A program made the position numbers and the translations under genes. A stretch of DNA of 64,000 nucleotides from Patescibacteria group bacterium (GTDB taxonomy: Bacteria > Patescibacteriota > Microgenomatia > Levybacterales > UBA12049), in contig JBBTTO010000002.1 in assembly GCA_038064195.1 (NCBI GenBank), forward strand, positions 466,387-530,386, given 5' to 3'. A model generated the notes under the pieces. The model did not search any database. It was not told the DNA's origin and saw nothing but the letters and a program-made list of their open reading frames with translations. Positions within the stretch are counted from its first letter, which is position 1. Each line of letters opens with the position of its first letter. Positions 57,004 through 63,184 of the stretch are shown piece after piece.

Positions 57004-58740
57004 CTACGAGCTTGTCGTGATGAAAGTATTGCAGAATTGTTCCTGTGAGAGATGCTCCAGAGCAAAAAGGCTAAGAGTCAGATTTTGGGGATACCGCTGT
57101 AAATTGTACTGAGAGCATGTACTGTCATTATAAATCCCGTAGATTCCTCCTCCGTCACGAAGGGAAGGGATCAACAGCGCTGATCCTGATCCGTCCTTAA
57201 ATCCGCATATTGAATCAATAATATAGATTTTAGTCGTGTCTGTTGTGTCTTTAAAATCCCCGCACGACAGAAAAGAAAATGAGCCAAGCTGCGTTGGTCC
57301 ATGGAGCTTTGAAGCCAGATAAACTTTTTTTAAAGTCTCAGCCGGGCTATTTTTGTAAAACATAACTTCAGGAATGAGGTCATTTTTTTTAGCTGAGACG
57401 ATCACTATAGATTTACCGGTGCTTTCAGGCTGGGTAGTATACCTTGACAGCACTCGTGTCGGGAAATCAAAATATCCGCCTAAGGGGAACTGGAAAAAAT
57501 AGATGACAATAAAATTAGCAACAGCCAGGGAATAGAGAATGACAATAAGAAGGGAGGAGTAGATGGGCGATAGCTGAAATCTTTTTCGGAAAGATTGATT
57601 GGCGCTGCCTATGCCATAGGCGATGATAAGCAGGAAAAAGGGAATCATCATGGTGATATGCGGAGTGAAGTTATCTTTTTGAGTATGCAGGAGCTGAGGT
57701 ATGATGCCGGTGAGAGCCAAAACTACTACGAAATAAAATTCTTTAGGTTGTTTGCGATATAACGCGATGAGGCCCAACAGGAGAAAGACACTATCTATCA
57801 TATAGAAAAGTCCCTGACGAAAAAGCGAAAGGAACAAATCCCCTCCGAGGAACAAATAGCTTGGGGAAAATACTGCAAATGCTTTTGAAATTATTTGTAG
57901 GAAATAAATTGTAATTTTATTAATAAGTAATCCTGAAAGAGGGTTGTGCATTGTGATCTTACGAAGTCCGTCCACGTCACTTGCCACTTGCGGGGAGAAA
58001 GGCGTGAGGATTTCAGTAACGCGGGTTGAGGGAGTATAGGCGAGCATGACGGCAGTAACGATTGTTATACAGAGTGCTGCTACTGCTAACCCTACATAAT
58101 AATTCTTATCTTTGTGTCTCGTATTCCAGAGGTAATAACAGGTAATGGCAATCAATGGAAGAAAAATAAGTTTGGTCGCGATGTATGAATAAAAGCCTAG
58201 AAGGAAAAGCGGTAAGGAAAGAAAAATCCAGCGTTTTTTTGTAACAAGTAGTACATAAAGAGCCAGGAGATAAAAAAACATCGCCGGTGCCATCTCATAG
58301 GCAGTCCGTCCGATGTAGACAAACCACGGGTTAAGAGCGAAAGTGCAGGCCGCAATCACGCCGACCCGTTCATTGAAAAGTCTTTTCGCAATCAAATAGC
58401 CAAGAAGTATAGTCAGAGTACTCAGTATCGCACCTAAAATTCTCGCGTTGAAAAGTGAGAGTGAAAATGGCCCGACTAAGTAGGTGAGTAAGAGGTAGGG
58501 AAGCTCGGCTTGAGGATTAGCACCTTTTGGATACTGGAAGAGAAATGGTGAGAGGACAGTGATAGTTCCTGTGATATCAGTCCCTGTCTGATAAAAAGAC
58601 CGGGCATTGAGGACATACTGCAACTCGTCATTGCCGATGGCTGTCGGCAAGCGATCAAGGAGTATAAAGCGTAGAGCTCCGCCGATCGTGAGTGCAAGGA
58701 TAAGGAAAAGGAAAGGAGTTCGTGAGGTTTTTCTGAACAT
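57004..58740 (-). CDS. Polytopic GT-C glycosyltransferase (ArnT/GT83-like)
   Basis: LRF..LDRLP...NDELQY.LNA.S...TG.D, ALNPWFVYIGRTAYE; start moved to MFRKT at 58740. Confidence 0.78.
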   Translation of the reverse strand: MFRKTSRTPFLFLILALTIGGALRFILLDRLPTAIGNDELQYVLNARSFYQTGTDITGTITVLSPFLFQYPKGANPQAELPYLLLTYLVGPFSLSLFNARILGAILSTLTILLGYLIAKRLFNERVGVIAACTFALNPWFVYIGRTAYEMAPAMFFYLLALYVLLVTKKRWIFLSLPLFLLGFYSYIATKLIFLPLIAITCYYLWNTRHKDKNYYVGLAVAALCITIVTAVMLAYTPSTRVTEILTPFSPQVASDVDGLRKITMHNPLSGLLINKITIYFLQIISKAFAVFSPSYLFLGGDLFLSLFRQGLFYMIDSVFLLLGLIALYRKQPKEFYFVVVLALTGIIPQLLHTQKDNFTPHITMMIPFFLLIIAYGIGSANQSFRKRFQLSPIYSSLLIVILYSLAVANFIVIYFFQFPLGGYFDFPTRVLSRYTTQPESTGKSIVIVSAKKNDLIPEVMFYKNSPAETLKKVYLASKLHGPTQLGSFSFLSCGDFKDTTDTTKIYIIDSICGFKDGSGSALLIPSLRDGGGIYGIYNDSTCSQYNLQRYPQNLTLSLFALEHLSQEQFCNTFITTSS

Positions 58741-58818
58741 AATTCTATGACTTATTGCAGTGTAGGGTATGGCTATCGGCGCGTCAATATCATCATGCTT
58801 TTCGCATGCTTCTTTTTC

Positions 58819-58827
58819 TGCTATCAT
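58819..58827 (+). promoter_or_regulatory. Extended -10 promoter (leaderless geometry)
   Basis: TG-c-TATCAT, 6 nt before ATG 58834. Confidence 0.6.
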
Positions 58828-58833
58828 AGGCTC

Positions 58834-60345
58834 ATGACTGAAACTACTATGGAGAAGCTCCAGGCTCTTTTTAAGCGTCGGGGATTTGTTTATCCCGGGT
58901 CTGAATTATATGGGGGACTGGCAAATACCTATGATTACGGACCAGTCGGCACGGAGTTACTGCGTAATATCAAAAATCTGTGGTGGAAGTATTTTGTGCA
59001 GAAGCGGGATGATATGGTGGGGCTGGATGCCAGTATTATCTCACATCATAAGATCTGGGAGGCTTCAGGTCACACTGCCGGATTTACTGACGCGTTAGTC
59101 GACTGCAAAAATTGCAAAACCCGTATTCGTGCAGATCATTTACTTGAAGAGTGGATAGGCGTTAACAAACAGGTTGATACTGCGGGTAAATCGTCTCCCA
59201 CACTGACTCAGGAAAAAATAAATGCGGCATTTTATACAGAAAAAGTTGAGGGTTGGACTCCTCAAGAGATGGGTCAGTTCATCAAATCTTTCGCGGTTCC
59301 CTGTCCTGTCTGTGACGGTAATCCCGGGACAGAGTGGACTGATGTCCGTAAATTCAACCAGCTTTTCCCCGTCCAACTTGGTATTGTCGAGGGCGAGCAG
59401 GGACTTGCGTATCTCCGCGGTGAGACGGCTCAGGGTATGTTTGTCGATTTTGACAATGTCGTTAATTCAACTCGCGTGAGACTTCCATTTGGTATAGCCC
59501 AAGTTGGTAAGAGTTTTCGTAACGAAATAACTTTGGGTAATTCTGTTTTTCGTACTATCGAATTTGAACAGGGAGAGATAGAGTATTTCTTCGATCCGAA
59601 GAAAAGTAACTGGGAAGAGCTATTTGCGGCCTGGAAAAATTCCATGTGGAAATTTGTTACCAACGAATTAGGAGTGAAAGAAGAAAATTTGCGCTGGCGT
59701 GAGCATACTGATGAGGAACGATCCTTTTACAGTCAAAGGACAGAGGATCTGGAGTACAATTTCCCGTTTTCGTCCAAAGGACGATCGGCCTCTGGTCGAG
59801 GCTTTAAAGAACTTTGGGGCTTGGCGTATCGTACGGATTATGATTTGTCACAGCATGAGAAGCATGCCAACCGCGAATTAGTTATCAATGATCCAGAGAC
59901 CAATGAGAAGATCAAGCCGCATGTTATCGAGCCGGCTGTGGGTATCAATCGTCTTTTTCTGATGGTTCTTAGCGATGCATATACAGAAGATTCTTCGGGA
60001 GGCTCAGAACAAGCTCGAGTAGTCCTTAAATTACATCCCCGACTTGCTCCATACAAAGTAGCTGTTTTCCCATTACTGAAAAATAAACCTGAGTTGGTTG
60101 AAAAGGCACGGGAAGTTTATGGAATGTTAAAAAACGCAATAGACGGTATTGTCATCTGGGATGACAGGGGTAACATCGGTAAGCGGTATCTCGCACAGGA
60201 TGAGATCGGTACACCTTTCTGTGTCACTATCGATTTTGAGACTTTAGAGGACGGTGCAGTGACTGTCCGTGACCGCGACACCGCACAACAGGAGAGAGTT
60301 AAGATTGAGGAATTAAGTAATTATCTTAAGACCAAACTCAGCTAG
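58834..60345 (+). CDS. glyQS: Glycine--tRNA ligase (alpha2 homodimeric type)
   Basis: KRRGF..SELYGG..YDYGP.G, ASGH, YLRGETAQG, GKSFRNEI, PHVIEP, IGKRY..QDEIGTPFCVTID. Confidence 0.95.
   Translation: MTETTMEKLQALFKRRGFVYPGSELYGGLANTYDYGPVGTELLRNIKNLWWKYFVQKRDDMVGLDASIISHHKIWEASGHTAGFTDALVDCKNCKTRIRADHLLEEWIGVNKQVDTAGKSSPTLTQEKINAAFYTEKVEGWTPQEMGQFIKSFAVPCPVCDGNPGTEWTDVRKFNQLFPVQLGIVEGEQGLAYLRGETAQGMFVDFDNVVNSTRVRLPFGIAQVGKSFRNEITLGNSVFRTIEFEQGEIEYFFDPKKSNWEELFAAWKNSMWKFVTNELGVKEENLRWREHTDEERSFYSQRTEDLEYNFPFSSKGRSASGRGFKELWGLAYRTDYDLSQHEKHANRELVINDPETNEKIKPHVIEPAVGINRLFLMVLSDAYTEDSSGGSEQARVVLKLHPRLAPYKVAVFPLLKNKPELVEKAREVYGMLKNAIDGIVIWDDRGNIGKRYLAQDEIGTPFCVTIDFETLEDGAVTVRDRDTAQQERVKIEELSNYLKTKLS
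59770..59799 (+). repeat. 30-nt double mini-hairpin in frame within glyQS
   Basis: TCGTCC-AAA-GGACGA plus TCGGCC-TCT-GGTCGA; adds SSKGRSASGR between FPF and GFKELWG. Confidence 0.75.
59991..60014 (+). repeat. Possible degenerate REP-like unit in frame within glyQS
   Basis: TTCTTCGGGAGGCTCAGAACAAGC (SSGGSEQA) resembles the CCTTCGACAGGCTCAGGACAAG-type repeat. Confidence 0.4.
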
Positions 60346-61915
60346 TGAGTCTTTCATAAATTACACCTTCATTTGAAATAGGATATAAGCCTGTAATACA
60401 TCCGCCACATTCTCCGTTGTGTAGAAATATCTCTCTGATATCAGCAGGTGTCAGTACTTCCCCTGATTCTTTACGTGCTTGGATAAAGTCTCGTGGCTTG
60501 ATATACGTTACACTATTTGCACCAATTGCTTCTGCTACTTTTACAGGGTCACCATTAAACATCGCTGCTATTAGCTCATCTTGTGTCCTCATGCTGACAC
60601 CTAAATGACACGTATGTTGGACGGGGGGGAATCCAACTGCCCAATGTACTTCTCTAGCACCTGCATTGAATACAGCTCGTGTCATGGCTTTTGCTACTTT
60701 TGAACGGACGATTGTATCATCTCCCAAAACAACAACTTTGTCTTGAAAAATATGGTCACCAGGGACCAAGGAAAGTTTTACGAGTACTTTCTTTTCAATG
60801 CTTTCCATATCGTCATCTCCCTGGAATAGTCTTCTATCAGCTGCTTGATCATAGTGATCCCGAATAATTACGGGACGGTATGGGATACCAGCGCCGATTG
60901 CAACGCCAGCGCTAAACGGAACGCCGGAGTCGGGCATACCAGTTACAAAATCGGCATCTTTAAAAATAGGATTGTACTGAGCTACTGTAATTCCCGCTCT
61001 TTCACGTGCTACATAATTTGATAACCATCTTTCAGGATGAATGCCATCATCTGGATTATCATAAGTAGGCGTTAGCGAATCAGGGCTACTAAAATACGGT
61101 ACCTCGAAGCTACAGTAGTTTCCAGCTCCGAGTTTACCTTCTCTAATAGTGGTTAAGCCGTTTTTGTTAATCCGAACAATTTCATTGCGTAGAACTTCTC
61201 GCTCAGGGTTTATACCTACTTTCTTAAAAGCTTTTGTTTCAGATGCAGCCATCCAACCATCTTTAATTCTTCCTAATACAAAGGGGCGTATTCCAAAAGA
61301 ATCTCTTGCTAGATAGAGACTATCTTCATATGCAATCATCATACTATATGCACCATTTGCACCGGTGTCTTCATCGAGAGATTTGAGGATCTTTTCTTCC
61401 ATACTATCTCCATCGAGTGCTGCTAAGTAATGTGCATATAGGTAGGTATCACTTGTATCTTCAGGGAATTCTTCTCCCGTTAATTCATGGATTTTTCTCC
61501 TCAGGTGTTCTGTAGCGGTGAATTGACCATTATGAATGACTGAAATAGGCGATTGAGTAAAGCGATCAGGAACGACCGCGGGTTGGAAGTTGGTACTATT
61601 ATATCCACCATTTGTACCATAGCGAGCGTGGACTTGATAAATTCCGTAAGGATTATCTTCTGTAAACGAACTTACCAATGAGTCTGTAAAAACCTCTCTC
61701 ATGAGTCCAGATCGAACGACTCGTCGATAGCCGTCATAGGTTGGATAATAAACCCCAGCTCCGAGTTGTCCTCTATGTTGAACACCAGTTGCGGCTTGAA
61801 GAGCTAATCTTACTGCGTGAGGAGTGTCAAGGCTTGGAAGGTAGAGTCCAACAATACCACATTCTTCTTGTAGGGGTTCATCTTCTTCTATAAAGCCGGA
61901 TTCTCTTTCTGCCAT
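60338..61915 (-). CDS. purF: Amidophosphoribosyltransferase-like protein (propeptide and Fe-S type), divergent
   Basis: EE|CGIVG after an 18-aa propeptide, QHRGQ, HARYGT, HNG, SDT, RDSFGIRP, CSFE..YFS.PDS, PDSG, DDTIVR, CGGCITG.YP. Confidence 0.8.
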   Translation of the reverse strand: MAERESGFIEEDEPLQEECGIVGLYLPSLDTPHAVRLALQAATGVQHRGQLGAGVYYPTYDGYRRVVRSGLMREVFTDSLVSSFTEDNPYGIYQVHARYGTNGGYNSTNFQPAVVPDRFTQSPISVIHNGQFTATEHLRRKIHELTGEEFPEDTSDTYLYAHYLAALDGDSMEEKILKSLDEDTGANGAYSMMIAYEDSLYLARDSFGIRPFVLGRIKDGWMAASETKAFKKVGINPEREVLRNEIVRINKNGLTTIREGKLGAGNYCSFEVPYFSSPDSLTPTYDNPDDGIHPERWLSNYVARERAGITVAQYNPIFKDADFVTGMPDSGVPFSAGVAIGAGIPYRPVIIRDHYDQAADRRLFQGDDDMESIEKKVLVKLSLVPGDHIFQDKVVVLGDDTIVRSKVAKAMTRAVFNAGAREVHWAVGFPPVQHTCHLGVSMRTQDELIAAMFNGDPVKVAEAIGANSVTYIKPRDFIQARKESGEVLTPADIREIFLHNGECGGCITGLYPISNEGVIYERLTS

Positions 61916-61980
61916 TCTTGCTTTGAAGCATATCTACCATACATTATATTCGTATTTAGTTCAAGTAATATTTGGATGTG

Positions 61981-62008
61981 TTGACAAAGTACTCGCAGTT
62001 GGTACAAT
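61981..62008 (+). promoter_or_regulatory. Sigma70-type promoter
   Basis: TTGACA (61981-61986), 16 nt, TG-g-TACAAT (62003-62008), GTG 9 nt later. Confidence 0.6.
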
Positions 62009-62017
62009 TAATTCAGA

Positions 62018-62518
62018 GTGAAGAATAAGCAGATCATTATCGCAGTCGCGGTAGTCGTAGTTTTACTCCTTATTGGTGGGATATTTATCGTGCTGAAGAA
62101 GTCTCCTGCAGCCAATAGCACGGCTGAGCAAATGGCTTCACTTGATGAGGACGTCATCAAGCTCTCTCCTTCAGACATCGGTTTGAAGATCAACACTCTC
62201 TCCAACAACCACCAGATCAAATTTACTCTTTCAAAGGCCGAAGGTATTACTCATATTGAGTACGAGCTCTCCTATGAGGCTGACTCAGCCGGTGGTTCAA
62301 GTGAGGATGGTGACGGCAGTGGTCGTATCACACGGGGTGTTGCGGGGGAGGATACTATCGATAGTCAGAGTATGTACATCTCCAAGGTGCTGGATCTGGG
62401 AAGCTGCAGTAGCGGTACCTGCCGCTATGACAAAGGTGTCACCGGTATTCACCTCCTCCTCAAAGTGACCAAAACAGATGATAAAGTCTATCAGGTTGAA
62501 GACACTCTCAACTTCTAG
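62018..62518 (+). CDS. Hypothetical membrane-anchored extracytoplasmic protein
   Basis: Basic N-terminus plus one TM; IEYELSY, LGSCSSGTCRYDKGV; own promoter. Confidence 0.7.
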   Translation: MKNKQIIIAVAVVVVLLLIGGIFIVLKKSPAANSTAEQMASLDEDVIKLSPSDIGLKINTLSNNHQIKFTLSKAEGITHIEYELSYEADSAGGSSEDGDGSGRITRGVAGEDTIDSQSMYISKVLDLGSCSSGTCRYDKGVTGIHLLLKVTKTDDKVYQVEDTLNF

Positions 62519-62604
62519 CCTCCACTAGTTCCATTTTCTTACATTTCTCTTACTACATGTTGTGTTAGTTCTTTCATTTCGGACACTATTTTTATGAAAA
62601 AACT

Positions 62605-62631
62605 GTTGACCCCGATTTGATCGGGGTTGAC
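62605..62631. repeat. 15-nt hairpin flanked by 6-nt direct repeats
   Basis: GTTGAC-CCCGAT-TTG-ATCGGG-GTTGAC. Confidence 0.65.
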
Positions 62632-62655
62632 AACCATAATTAAATGGTGCAAAAT
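62627..62655 (+). promoter_or_regulatory. Promoter of the mraZ-rsmH (dcw) operon
   Basis: TTGACA (62627-62632), 17 nt, CAAAAT (62650-62655). Confidence 0.55.
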
Positions 62656-62660
62656 GGATT

Positions 62661-62710
62661 AAAGTAGTGATAGATAGTGAAGAGTAGTGAAAATCGTGCT
62701 ACAATGTGGG
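62661..62710 (+). promoter_or_regulatory. MraZ-binding direct repeats with 10-bp period
   Basis: aaagTAGTGA tagaTAGTGA agagTAGTGA plus two weaker GTG units, directly upstream of mraZ. Confidence 0.7.
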
Positions 62711-62746
62711 CGCGATTGAGCGGGAAGACTTGATCGTTAACAATTC

Positions 62747-63184
62747 ATGCTTTTAGGACAGATTGAAGGCAAGCTAAGTAAGAAGCACCAGGTAGCACTT
62801 CCCAAAGAATTTAGGGTCGAGTTAGGAGAGACGGTTATTGTTACCAAGGGATTTAAGACGTATTTACAGATTGTAGCCAAGAAGAACTGGGAAGTATTGC
62901 TTGAAGGGACTAAGGGTAAGCCATTTACCGATCAGGGGACACGCGATTTACAGCGTTTTCTCTTCGGAAATGCGGTTGAAGTTCGGTTGGACACGCAAGG
63001 TCGCATGCTTATCCCTGATTTTTTACGTAGGCATGCCAAATTAGACAAAAAAGTTATTTTCGTTGGTATTGAACGTTACGTTGAACTCTGGGATGTAAAA
63101 GAATTTCAACAATACGATGCAACTGTCGCAAAAGCACCTGAATTGTTAACTATAAATTTGAGTAAGACACAAGGACATGAATAA
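62747..63184 (+). CDS. mraZ: Division/cell wall cluster transcriptional regulator MraZ
   Basis: MLLGQ..LPKEFR, TKG, RFLFGNA..LDTQGRMLIP..LR, FVG..YVELWD; upstream of rsmH. Confidence 0.9.
   Translation: MLLGQIEGKLSKKHQVALPKEFRVELGETVIVTKGFKTYLQIVAKKNWEVLLEGTKGKPFTDQGTRDLQRFLFGNAVEVRLDTQGRMLIPDFLRRHAKLDKKVIFVGIERYVELWDVKEFQQYDATVAKAPELLTINLSKTQGHE

Noticed and set aside
23456-58833. Long N-terminal extensions in the ORF track (23456, 34805, 50341, 54392, 58747, 58827)
   Set aside because: They overlap neighbouring genes or promoter elements; downstream ATGs fit family N-termini and promoter spacing better
59150-59245. Extra segment in GlyQS (VNKQVDTAGKSSPTLTQEKINAAFY) as another repeat insertion or an intein
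   Set aside because: It lies in the naturally variable insertion domain between the Cys pairs and has no palindrome, periodicity or intein motifs
517-62468. Dozens of 60-190 aa ORFs in the track that overlap the main genes (for example 4174-4524, 5884-6399, 19953-20516)
   Set aside because: They are antisense or alternate-frame shadows of genes with clear family motifs and have no motifs or start signals of their own
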